Positions 21,821 to 34,277 of a stretch of 64,000 nucleotides of DNA are shown here, piece after piece (the stretch's first letter is position 1; each line of letters opens with the position of its first letter). Source of the DNA: Tilletiaria anomala UBC 951 (lineage: Eukaryota); contig NW_013547018.1 of NCBI RefSeq assembly GCF_000711695.1, forward strand, positions 1 through 64,000, written 5' to 3'. The position numbers were made by a program, and so were the translations under genes. The notes under the pieces were generated by a model. That model did no database searches. It saw nothing but the letters and a program-made list of their open reading frames with translations, and had not been told where the DNA came from.

Positions 21821-24800
21821 ATGTCTGCAGCGCAACTACCTGCCACGCCCACGCGCCGCAGTAGAGATGACGAGGCGTCAAGCTCGAGCGAATGGAAGAC
21901 GTCACCTACCTCGTCGCGGACGCTCGATGCTTCGTTCACGCCTTCTCCCTCGCGACACAAGAGCAAGGGCAAGGTCAAAGGCAAGGACAATGCGCTGATG
22001 GAGCGTTCTTCGCTGAAACGGATCAGCGCACAGGGTGACGAATATCTGCTTTGGAATCGGGTCGGCGGGGCAGGAAGTGCAAGTGCGTCTCGAATGGCTC
22101 ACTCGCGTCGGCTTTCTCCACATAGAGATGCATTTTCTGATCAAGATACGGAGGACGTAGATGGACAGCGGCGGCGCACTCGCCCGCTTCCCCCTTCTTC
22201 GACCGCACCAACCTTTCGCGAGAGGAAGCGCTTGCTATCCGATACTCTTCGTTATTGTGCTCAGACGAAATCCTACGATGTTCAAACTGATGGGGACTCC
22301 CCAACAAGAGCCAAGCGAGGCAAGCAAGCCTCACTTTTATCACCCTTATCTTCCTCGCCTCACGCACACCTTTCACCCACTGCAGCAGCACTGCGAGCGA
22401 CTCCGCGAAGACGCACCCCGTGTAAGGCCAAGATTCATCCTTTCTTCCTTCCATTCAGCCAAAGGCGAGCAGCTGTAGCTGCAGTGACAGAAGATGAACC
22501 GTCTCGTCAGCAGCACGTCCTGCGGGTCGTTAGTCACGACGAGCCGGAATCGAGTCACATGGCGCAGAGGCGAGGAGCGGCAGCAGCGGCGAGGTGGAGC
22601 GACATCATGAAGACGCCGCAGAAAAAGGGTTACTCATCGACGGCTGAAAGCCGTGATGGAGCCTCGGGCGGTGCAAGACAAAAAAACTTAACAGCAGTAG
22701 TGGACACAGACTCTGACGACTCGATGGACTGGGAAGGCGGTGCAGGGATGAGACCGGCATGGATGGCTACGCCCGGCTCGGATGTTTCTCGAACTGGGCT
22801 CCACTCCCGACAGCGTCATATTCACAGCGTCTACACGCCTCCGACGTCAGTATCGCCGCTGTCGTCATTTTCAAGCTCCCAACAAAATGGCAAGACGGCT
22901 GTGAGAAGTATTGTCGTATCACCTACTGCGAAAGTGGCACAGAACTTAGGCCGTCTCAGCAGACGCAGCACACACAACAGTAGCGCTGCTTCCGGCACCA
23001 GCTCTGTGCGCTTCGAAAGCGCGCACCCGCAGGTACCGCTGGTTGCCAGATCGCTCATGACGCAGACCAGCGCCAGCGACCTGCTCTACAAGATGCGTAC
23101 GGGCGGAATTGGTGGTCTAGCAGGTGGTCTTGGACGAATGGGTCTGCATCAAGGTGGCAGACTGGGTAGACGTGAGTTCTAACTAGTTAACGTTGTTGCT
23201 AATTAGTTGAAATCGCGCTGATGCTTCCATGAGTGTTACTTCCTACGACAGTCGACATCACTCCATACTTAGGTACCTTCTTTTCCACCAGCACAACAGA
23301 CTGCTTTGAGATCCCACGCGGCCTCGGCCGTCGCTCGGCAGGTGGTGACCGAGAAGAAGAAGATGGGGAAGAGGAGGACGGCAGCAACTACCGTGGAGGA
23401 CCATCGTCACCTTCACCACACTCGGACGAAGAGAACATCCCGCCCGTGCCGAGCCCACAACGTGCGCCATCCTTGGGCCTGCACTCTGCGCTGCCAATTA
23501 GCCACCCCCTCTGCTGTGCTTATTCGTACTCCTCTCGCTCGGCAAACGACCTGAACCAGTGGCTCGCGGTCGGCACGGACGAAGGGCGCGTCACGCTCGT
23601 TAACACTGCGCGCGACCCCGACACGGGCGACGCGCTCGACGCCGGCGTCGCAGCAGACTTGCCCAGCGCGCGGCCGTCGTGGCGCGCAGCGGATGCATCT
23701 GTCTTCATCCTCGCCTGGCGCTTCGATGACCGCGTCATCGGCACCGGCGGCTCCGATTACGAGCTGCGCCTGTGGGACACGGAGAACTGCAAGATGCTTG
23801 GCCGCTTCGGCTCGAGCTTCGGCAGTCCACGCCAGCTGTGCTGGGACCCGAACGGCAACGGTAACCTCCTCTGCAGCGGCGGCAGGGACGGCGCGGTGCA
23901 TCTGTATGACGCGCGTGTTCATACTGCGTCTGAGCTGGTGCAGCCTCATTCCTTCGGCGGCATCTTCGCCAACAGAACCGGCAGCCACTGCGCTACCGAA
24001 GCGGCTCGTAAGCCAGTGCTCAGCCTATGGAACGTGCACACCGCCAAGAACCGTGTTTTCAGCACACTGGGTGGCGTCGACCCCGGCCAACCGGGCCGTA
24101 AAGGGCCGCCAAAGGGTGTCACGGCGGTCGCGTACGTGCCGGGCCGCGAGCACTGCATCGTCACTGCGGGCTGCGAAGATGCGCGGCTGAAGGTGTGGGA
24201 CTTCCGCGCTGCCAGCCAAAAAGTTGTCGCGGCAGCTGAGGTGGAACTCGTCAGCGGGGGTGGTGGTAAGCAAACGCTCAGCAGCAATTCGTTCAGCACC
24301 AAGAGGTCCGCTACGTGGCAGCCCACAGACGAAGCGGAAGATCTCTCCTCGCGCGATGGATTCAATAAGAGCCCGCACGGCGTCTCCAGCCTGGTCACCA
24401 GCGGTGACCGACTCTTTGCTGCGTGCACTGATGGTCGGTGAGTGCGCCCCCACAAAGATACTTCCATGAGCCTTCCTTACTGAGCGCTCAATCTGTGCGC
24501 TGCAGTATCTATTCGACGCCCACTGCGAGCCTGTTGCAGAGGCTTACTATCACGCAAGGCAGTGGTACGCCGCTCTACAGTGCTGCGCAAGGCCACAACA
24601 CGCTGTACGCTAAGATGGCTCTCAACGACGACGATCGCCTTCTTGCTGTCGGCTGTAACACTGGGGATATCATGCTGTGGGATGTCGCTCGTGATGGCCT
24701 CGTCCCTTATTCTGGCGTGCAGCTGACCGGAGGACACGCCCAAGAGTGAGCGACGGGCCGTAATGCTTTTTTGTGATTTCTCGCTAGAGGTTGGAGCATG

Positions 24801-24991
24801 CTGACGCGCTCGTTATGGCTGACAGTTTCGAGGTCAATGGTGTGTCGTGGGCGTCGGGCATCCAAGGCACTACGCTGGCCAGTATCTCCGACGATCTGAC
24901 GGTGCGATGCTGGAGAGCAGACCGTCAAAAGCTGCGAAAATTGCAAAGGGAAGAAGCAGAGAGGCAGGAAGGGATGAACATTGCATTGTAA
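21821..24991 (+). CDS. CDT2: WD40 protein Cdt2/DTL (CRL4 substrate receptor)
   Basis: Long disordered N-terminus, then LAVGTDEGRVTLVNT, ASVFILAW..IGTGGSDYELRLWD, CSGGRDGAVHLYDAR, LKVWDFR, HGVSSL, EVNGVSW, ASISDDLTVRCW; three introns. Confidence 0.75.
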
Positions 24992-25078
24992 ACAGTGGGC
25001 ATCTAAATTGCGAAGGAAGCCGTGTCTAGAAATACAGGTGTGAGGTTGCTGTGCGCTCGGATGCATGCCGACTGCGAA

Positions 25079-28000
25079 TTAAGGAGATTTGAGTCTTTGC
25101 GATGGATTTTGCACTGCACGATGCCCTTGGTCGAAGGGAACAATCTCTCCGATAACATTGCCAAACGCAAAGAAGAGTGACTGCTTGTCCGCGCTACTCT
25201 GCACCTGACGGATGTCTGCGAATGCCAGCAAGTCTGCCGCGTCCGTACTACGGCTGAAGATAGGAAGGTCTTGCAGCAATTGCACCTCTTCGAGAGAGAC
25301 GGAAGCGCTGGCAATCTTCGCCTCGCCATTTGCCACCTCCAAAGGCTTGTGCAAGTCCACCGCAAAGACTTGCCACCTTGAGCGAGACGGATCTGGATCT
25401 TGAGAAAAATAGTCCGCTGGTGATACTTGCAGCTTGGAACGTCGAATGCCGACCAGGTAATGATCTACCACATCAGCTGAGCCACGATTACAGCTGGTGA
25501 CGCCTGCAATGCTGATGGGCTCATCGCTGTCCGTGTCGAGACCACCATTGCTCCTCTCAGTGCGCATGGCATAGCTGCTCGCTCTGCGGTTCCGGCTGCC
25601 GTGGGTAGACATTGGGTATGCCAAGTCTGTCGTTGGCGAACGTAGGCTTGCGTCTTCACCACTATTGAGACCCACGACGTAAGCTCCATTGGAGAGCGGG
25701 GGCCTTAACTTGGTTGGTGTCTTCGGGGGTCCACTCAAACTGTTGTAGGGAGACGTCTTTGTGTCCAAAGCAGACGAAGACATTGAGGTGGACATGCTTC
25801 CAATCGACCATATTTTCACGAACCAGATGTGGCTCCGGGTAGCGATGGCAGCCAGCACATAGCGATCAGATGTATTCGTGGTGGTGGGAAGCATGATCCT
25901 GGAGATCGAACCGCCTCCTAGGTCAAGGCTATGCGTCGGTGTCTTGCCAAAGACTCCAAATACCCGCAGAATGCCGGCATTCGTACCAATCAATACGGAT
26001 TGCAGATGCGACAGGTCGGACACCGCCATGTCACTGTGATCAGAAACGGCAGGAGATGGAAGGACCCTGCCCCTTGAAAGAAGCGCGGCACTGCGAGCGA
26101 CCTGGCCTGAGCCGAGCTCGAGGCTGGCCAGCCGCGCCCACTGCCCAGAGAGCCTGGTGTGCACATAGACCACGACACGACCCGACAGGGATGCGAGCGC
26201 TACCGCAGTGTATTCGTCAGCATGGACATTCGAATCGACCTGGAGGCACGACATTGGCATTTCGAATCCAGTCCAAGGGGTGGACATGTCCGCCGGAGCC
26301 ACGACAGTGGGCCCATTGCCAGAGACCTCGTGTTCTCTGAGAGAACCATCGCTGTGAGCAGCAACAATTAGCGTCCGTGTAGCGCAGACTTCTGTATGGC
26401 CTTTCGATACGGTGCTGAGCCACGTGATGCCAGTTGCATTGCCTTCGGGCGAGGGGGAAGCGATGCCAGGCTGCTGTGTTCCCCTGAATAGGGAAATGAT
26501 ATGGATGCGACCAAGACGGGTGCCGAACAGTGCAACTCCAAGGGTTTCATCAAGGCAGACGCTTGTGACGACGTCCTGCTGCGAGCGAAGTTCAGAGCTG
26601 AGCGTAGAGGAAAGGCGTGTCCATATCGAAGAGGCGATGCCTGGCAATGGTTCCTTAGGGCCGATACTGATGCTGCCAATTAAGTCGACTATGGCTAGGA
26701 ATTTGGGAGATTCTGCGATGAGTTGAACATCTGCAGACATCTGCTTCTGATGCAACCGCACATCGAACGTCTCGTCGATGCGAGACATGGAGCCGTCATG
26801 CGACCACAGCGTGTTGTCTTGCAGCGGCCTATCTTTGTCGCGCTGCGCCTCGAGCAGCTCTGTGTCCTTCAGCAGGTAGAGCAAGAGGACCCAAAGCAAG
26901 GCAGTCGTTGCAGATATGGGCAGAAAGACGATCTTGAGAAGCCAAATGATCGCTCGGATGCGCGGGCGGAACAGTGCCCAGCCAGCGAAAGAGCGCGCTA
27001 ACGAGCTGGGACGAGGAGCCTGCCGCCGCGCCGACCATAGGGAAACGATGCTCCACGGCTCGACTATTAAGCGGACGTGCGCAGCACCATCAGGATTGAT
27101 GCTTTGCCAGAGCGTTGCCGACGGAGAGTGTGTCCACCATGGCGCCAAGTCGACAGAAACGTCGTCACCGGTTGCTAAGTGTGCAATTGGGTCGAATCCG
27201 AGCGCCGACGCGTTCGTCGTCGCTGACGCAATCGAAGCATGCTTGAGGCTGTATGTCGGCTGCTCGAGCACATAACCGGTACCATAATAGAGGTACAAAC
27301 CGAACATTAAGGCCAGCAGCAGCGACAGACTGGCTGTACGCGCGGTCCTTGCGCGCCAAATCGCACGAGCACCTAGCTGAACTATCCCCTGCGGGCTCTT
27401 TCTGCTCCTGAAACGGTCGTTCGAAAGCCCGTTGACGTCATGCATAGGGGCAGAAGGTCTCGGCTTTACAGGCTCAGCGGAGAGGGTATCGTCTTTTCCG
27501 CCTTGAGTCAGTATATCGGCCAACTCGAGACGCTGCATGTCGACGCTGAGAATGGTGACGAAGAAGGTGATTTGTAGGAACCAGTCCATGATGAGAAGGC
27601 AAATGGCAAAAATGCAGAATTCGCGAACGGCAGCGACAGGCGTGACGCTCGCAATTACGCTTATTAGGAGAACATCGGAGGCGACAGTCAGCGTGATCGA
27701 CACCCCAACAGACGCCAAGCCCAGCGCCATGCGAGTGGATACCGGCAATGAAACCGGCGTCGAGACCATTGCTTTTGTCAAGACGAACATATTTTCCGAG
27801 CCGACGACCAGTATCACGAAGGGCATGATTTCCCTGTAGATGTTTTTTTTCGAAAGTGCTGCAAGATGAGCTGAAGTGCAATCAGAAGAGCGCATCTAAG
27901 GAACACTCACCAAGGCACCAACGCGAGACGAATACCAAGCAGCGAGCATACGCTGATGCTCATTATCATAGCGATGATCAGCTCGATCGCCCCTGTGAAG

Positions 28001-29523
28001 ATAAGACCGAAGCGGGAGTGCACACGCTTTATGCCCACGAGGCTACGGGAGATGTAGATGACCAAGGCAATGTACCCTATGGTGAGCAGCACACGAGGGA
28101 TGGTGATGACGCGATCTCGCGAGGGCCGGAACTGATAAGGTGGAATGCACGTCAGCTACAGCGGGCAGCTGTAAGGTTGTGCAAATGTGAGACACACCTG
28201 CAACAGTAGCTCCTTGGACTGTCTCTGATCGGCTCCAATCAAAGTGACCCGCCCTCCAGTGATATTTGAGAGCATCTGGACCCATGCACGATGTGCATCG
28301 CTGTGGCCCTCCTTTCCAATGTCGCTACCACCTTCACCTTCAGCATCCAGGAAGAATGTCATAGCGAGATACTCAGCTCTGGGAAACTTGTTGAAAAGGT
28401 GCCAGCGGCCAGATAATGTGCTGGGAATGGCGAGTGGTACACCCTTGTAGTTGATGTGCTGCTCATTGTTGCGCAGCGTCTGGTGCGGCTCGGCATCAGA
28501 GGACAGCTGAGCCATGGAAGACGTCCAGTAGTCGAGTGGCGACAGACTCAGACAGCGACTGCCACGGTGCATGTCGGAGGGCGCCGGATCAAGCGTCCGA
28601 GCCTGTATGCACATGAGCGGTGCCTTGCGTGCAAACGATGTTTCTGACAAAGACTCGTTGAGCGTTTGAGACCACATATGGTCTTCTATGGCTCTCTGTA
28701 AGCTCAATGCGGATTGCAGGATGGTCGTATCGAGCACTCCGAAACGAGACCCACGGCCGCCGAGGACATCGTCGGTCGTCAGGAAAACGTGCTCTACCCT
28801 GACGGAGCGGCAAAGAGGCTGTCTTTCTGGTTTTCCCAGTCTTGTTTCTGTCTTTGCCTCTCGATCAGGATCATTGTCTCCCCTGTCTCCATCGCCCAAA
28901 ATGTCTGGCAATCCTCCGAAAGGGAATAAAGGGTGCGGCTCGGTATTAGCGGTCCTAGGCTGGTCGCCCGAAAAGCAAACCTCGGCCGTGTCCTTGGAGA
29001 AGATCATAGCTGCATCCCGCGGGTCGACGGCTCTTAGATCATCGGCATCGTCCCAGATCATGCGCAAATCACGCAGAGAGTTATAGTGCCGTCGCTCAGA
29101 AGACGCGAACGAGTCGAGCAGCGGAGTCGACAAGCTTTGCCAGAGAGCCGAGGCGTCGCCTCGCATCATTCCAGGCCCGCCTTTGGATGACCACAAGAAG
29201 ATCCCGGCGGCTGGGTAAAAGAGCGAACAAATCACAAGAGAGCAGACGAGCAGCGTCCTGATCTGATGTCGAGAGATTCGCTGTCCGTGAGAGTAAAAGG
29301 CCTTCGAGAGCATGTCGCTGGCCCTACTGGGCCATGGCTTTCTCTTGTGCCTGCGGCCTCTCCTGCTTACAGAAGTCGACAACCTCGTAGGACTTGCTTT
29401 GGGGCGACTGGAGCCATTCTTGCCGTATGAACCCCATCCTGAAGAGTCGGTTGTGCTGGATCGGCTCGCGTTGACGAAGGGATCGGCTGACGCCGCCGCA
29501 CCAACACGAGTTGGGAGGATCAT
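25079..29523 (-). CDS. SCP1: SREBP cleavage-activating protein (sterol-sensing domain plus degenerate WD40 C-terminus)
   Basis: Sterol-sensing domain VHSRFGLIFTGAIEL...ALVPW|EIMPFVILVVGSENMFVLTKA...REFCIFA..MDWFLQITFFVTILSVDMQRLEL; N-terminal FYSHGQRISRHQIR. Introns ~28115-28197 and ~27834-27910. Start tentative. Confidence 0.8.
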
Positions 29524-30055
29524 TTTTGACCGGCGTCTTCGGTCATTATTACCGCCTGCAACCAACGCTTATCGAGGAAGGAGCATGGCTGACACCTGGT
29601 GGTATGAAGCTGGCCACTGCGTGCCGTCAGAAAGAAGACCTTTGACTGAATCTTGTGCAATGACAACCGTACTTTCTTGACGGATAACTACTGAAATATC
29701 GATACATGCACCATAATTTCAACTAAGAGTAATAGGTATGGAATTACTGCTGGCTGCCGAGAGTTCAATCCGGCGACGCCCGCCCGCACATTCGCTTCGA
29801 GTGAGAGTTCACTTTCAATCGACTGAGACACCAACCTCTAACATCATTCTGTTCAGAGTATCCTTCAGATTGGGTCACCTCACTTTCGTGATACAAGTTC
29901 ATAACCATCTTCTTCAATCTCGCTCAGTGGTTCAATGTAATTGCGCACCTTCGTAAGAATCAGGCACGTATGGCGAAGCACCTTGAAGCACATAAAGCGG
30001 GAGCATCCCTTATATTGACGACGTTTGCGGACGTAGTGGCGGTGTTTCTTCAAAC

Positions 30056-31963
30056 ATGTCGTCCTCGTACGGTTCGGGCAGCAGCTCTTCAATCTCGCGT
30101 CGCTTCAACTTTGACACGATACACTGCTGGACTTGCTTTAAAGACTTTGTTCCTCCCGGACAGGCCCGCGGATCAAGCGCATCAGGCCTCGGCGCTGCAT
30201 TCGGCGGCCAAGCTGACAAGACCGAGGAATTCTGGCTCACTTCGGTTCGTCTGCATCTGCTTCTCGCCTGACAGCGTTTTTGCACTGCACTTTCAGACAT
30301 CAGCAGCTTGCAATTTTTTTTGACGGCGCCAACTTGCAGCTGACTGCTCATTTGCTCGATTCTAGTGTTCACACGTCATATGTGCTGACTGTATGCGCCA
30401 CCGAGGAGGTGCGCATCCTGATCCTGAAGATCTCCGAGCACTTTTTAAGTCTGACATGCACCATCTGTGCAACAAACTCATGCGTCGTCCTCTCCTTTAG
30501 ATGCGGTTCAGAAAGTCTGCGCCTTCTGCAAGGCAGTAGGCATTAAGCAGATTGTGCTCAATGAAAATGTGCGAGTCCGTCGCTTTCTGGAATGCCCGCT
30601 TTTCGCCCTAAAGACTAGTACCCTTTCCACAGATACCACCGCATATTGCCCCTTTCTTTCGCTCACCACCGCAAGTCCTGGATGAGGTCATTGCAAGCTA
30701 CAAAGTATACCAGCACTAGAGAGAAATACTCGTGGTGTGCAATGAGTGAACTGACCTGGATCGCGTTACCTCCGAACACAGTTCCAGGTTCGTGCGATGA
30801 CAGTGGCCCTCACTTCGCTTGACTCACTTGAGACCATCGCACCCAAAGCATGAGCACACTCTACATCTGATATCGTCCGTTTGGCCTGCTAGCCACACAG
30901 TCGACATATGACCCTTCTCACTAAACACTTTGTTCCCTCCCCTGTCCAATCGGGGCTATTTGGGCTCTGCGAACCTCTTGTTTAAACGCTAAACCTGCGC
31001 GAGCAGTTACCTCAAAGCCCAAGCCCGCAAACAGCAAGAGATTCTCGAGCGCGTCAAGTCCGAACTAATCGAAGCCCGTGAAGTGAAGCGCAATCAGCAT
31101 CGCTTGCTGCAAGAGAACGAGCAGCTAAGAGCGCAGCTTGGGCAGTACGTTAACAACGATGGTGGTACGACGGGCAACAGGAGCTTCGTACCAGCAGGCA
31201 AACGGCCGCGCGAACCTTCAGCGGAATTGACACAGACAGGGACACGAAACGAGGGGTACAATGCCCCGATGGAGTCGGATTTCAGACTGACAAATTTCCA
31301 ACAGAGTGTGCATCATCAGCAAGCAGAGGTTGACCTTCCCATACGGCAGGTTCGAGGTTCGTCGGTCGAAAGCGATGCTTCTCAGAAGCTTCAGTGAGTC
31401 CGTTTGCTTGCTGATACAGCGACATCAGGCACGAGGACTCAAAATTGTTTGGCTTCATACTATCTTTTGCTGCGTAATCCGACAGGGCTTACAGATTCGT
31501 CGAGCCGACTCATCCACTACCCCGCAATGTACATGCCTCCTCGATCAGCGCGATGCCACCTCCTGGCTTCGTGAACTCTAGTCGAGTCTCAGCTCCCAAT
31601 AGTGGTAGGTCATATCAGAACGCGCCTGCAGGAGGTCATGCGCTTCACTCTGCTGACAATTGGGTTCCCGTACTCACTTTAAAAATAGCGACTGCACGGC
31701 CGAGCTCCGCTTTACCTCGCACAAACGGCTCGAGCCTCACACACGCACGCTTCCCACCTATGCGGCCTACATCGGCTCTGCATCAGGAGCAGTTTAGACA
31801 TCCAAGCACGCCATCGCAGCGCGCGCCGTTCCGACCTGCCACCGCCATGGGTAGCTTTAGTGCTACCAGCGGTACCGGCCATAGCGTCGGCATTGGTGCC
31901 GGCGCCAATATCATCAGCAATGCTAACTTCACCGATCCGCATCGCCGGCACTTTGGCCGTTGA
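30056..31963 (+). CDS. RNF212/Zip3-like meiotic RING E3 ligase (multi-exon, with micro-exons)
   Basis: Splicing 30056-30244, 30366-30408, 30501-30568, 30633-30704, 30782-30787, 30849-30874, 31007-31393 and 31486- gives a C3HC4 RING (CWTC...FWLTS|CSHVICADC...CAFC), then FF.SP...FQ, a coiled coil and an S/P-rich tail. Confidence 0.7.
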
Positions 31964-32164
31964 ATGTCCAGCGAACAGCAGCTGATTGGGAAAGGGTATA
32001 CGAAAATGGAAGCAACCAATCAGGTCGGATTGGAACAGCTAGCAAAGTATGAGCGACTTCAAACTTGTACAGAATGCTACCATTTCTGCACCTTGTGTGA
32101 TGGAGATGCGAGAAGTACAGTTGTGGAACAGACGCAGACAGGCTGGCTAACATGACTAAATGAG

Positions 32165-33762
32165 CTAGTCTTCACTGCTGCTATCGACTTCGATCACATT
32201 GGGTGACTTCTGCCGACGCCCACTGGATGTCTCATTGTCGAGCGGACGCTTGACAGTTCGCTTGCCGCCCAGTGTCTCGCCTTGCCCCCCGAATGGCTTC
32301 ACGGCGGGTGCCGATAACTCCCCGGCTGCCCCTGTGGCCGCTGTTCCAGGAGCTGAAGATGAAACTACTACTGATGCCTTGGGCGCACTGCTATCGACTT
32401 TGCGCCGCGGTGCACGGCCCGAAAGTGTCTGTCCTGTCCCTGAGAATGAGATCTGTAGACGGAAAGAGACGGTCAGCAATGAACGTGCGAGGCGCAACAG
32501 TATCGAAAGGTGATGGAAGATCTGAGACGCACCTGCTTCGCACTCGTGTTCTCCTTGTCCTCCTGCTTGCCTCCTGGCGGAATATAATCGTACCCAAAGA
32601 AGAGCCTGCCAAACTCCAGGCGCAGCGCAGCGGGAACCTTTTTGTCTTCAAGCAACGTGTCATTCGTCACGATCTTTGGCTGGTCGGTCCGCCGCACCAG
32701 GCTGAACGGATCAATCTGTTCGATCTCCTTCGTCTTCTTTCCTTTGGACTTCTTGCCGCTCAATGTCTGCCCGGCACCACGGAACGGGCCCGCTGGTTGC
32801 TGCACGGTTGCTGCCGACGAAGATTCGCGTCTGGAACTGTGACCGCCGGCGCCGCTGCCGCCACCTGGCGTAGAAGCACCAGAAGCTGGGATGCTTTCCG
32901 TGGCAGATGTTTCGATTTTAAGCTTTGATGCCATCGTGGCAGGTGGGATTTTAGGTTGTGGCGCCGGCTCCACGTAGCCCTTGGGCGCCGCAAAGTCCAC
33001 CTCGAGATCCGTGTCGATGATGGAGATGCCAGGTGCGTCAGGTGTGATCTCCATGATAAGCACTTCAAATGTCAGGCAGTTGTACTTGAACTCGATGATG
33101 TCTCCCGGGGTCAGTGTACTGAAATTTCGCAACGCCTGCTCAAGGACGGCTTTCGGGTCAGAAATCTCGAGGAAATCGACCGTCTGTGGTTGGATCTTGA
33201 CCATCTTGCCCTTGGGGAGTGTGGTGCCAGTGACGCGCACTCTGTCGCCTTCATTCAAAGCGAGCGACTTCATCATCCATGCCGGAAGATGAACTCGACC
33301 GTGATCTGCGATGAACTCGAGCACACCTGCGTGCGACTCGCGTGCTCTACTGGAAGCAGCAGATGAGCTCGCGCCACCATCTTCCCTAGCTGGTAATGCA
33401 TCCTTCGACGGCACGTTTGGGTTCGGGTTTCGCAGCCGAAACACCCACGGTCCTTCCACTTCCATTCTTGTCAATTGATCCAAGCTGGAAGGCGGGAGGA
33501 TGACCTTGCCACCGTAGCTGACATTGTCACGCTCCTGGCCGGGGAGCATGGCCATGCTGTACGCAGTTAGATAGTCATCATACGCCGAAGGATGCGCGCC
33601 AAACCGGTTGAAACCCCCGCCCATCAGATGCGCGGCGAGGCTACTCCCGACCGGAAACTCTCGCCCAAGGCCACCACCATAAGTGCCTCCGAACTGCGCG
33701 AAAAGGGGCAAGTGCAAGGTGAGATGGAGCTTGAATGATCACGCACTCCCCCGACTAACCAT
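32165..33762 (-). CDS. UFD1: Ubiquitin fusion degradation protein Ufd1
   Basis: YGGKVILPPSSL, SHAGVLEFIA, LPKGKMVKIQPQ, FLEISDPKAVLE, DLEVDFAAPKGY and SHP-box FxGxGQTL repeats. ATG at 33762-33760 is directly followed by intron 33694-33759, giving MFGG... Confidence 0.9.
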
Positions 33763-34277
33763 TTTGCTGCTCCACTGCCTCTACGGTTGGTAGTCAACCT
33801 GCCTTGTTGGTGGCTGAGCAGACTAAATGCTCATTCCAAGTGCTTATTTGAGGAGTTGACGATATGTCTGCTGAACTTAAGAGCGTTCACAAGCTGTTAA
33901 ATGTCTGACAGTCCTCGTCATCCATCGAGGTGAAGTTGCGTGCACGTCGTCGGTAGGACGTCGACTGGTCATTCGTCACCATCAAATGGTGATCGGCGCC
34001 ATGAGCCATGAAAAATCTCGGCCGAGAACAAGACGTTCCGCCTGAAACTAACTCTGCGCGACGAGAAGCGAATGCAATGAATGAATGCCATACTCACATC
34101 AGCAACGCCAACAAAACGCAAGAAGAAGCTTTGCTATAGCTTGCTTCAGCGCGCGTGCTTGTTCGAAGCAGAAGCGGAGCTATCGGTGCCAACGAGCCTA
34201 CATTGCTGCACACAGCCATCCGCCAGAAAGAACCGTAAGAGAGAAGGAAGGAGAAGAAGGAAAAGGAGGAGAAGAAA

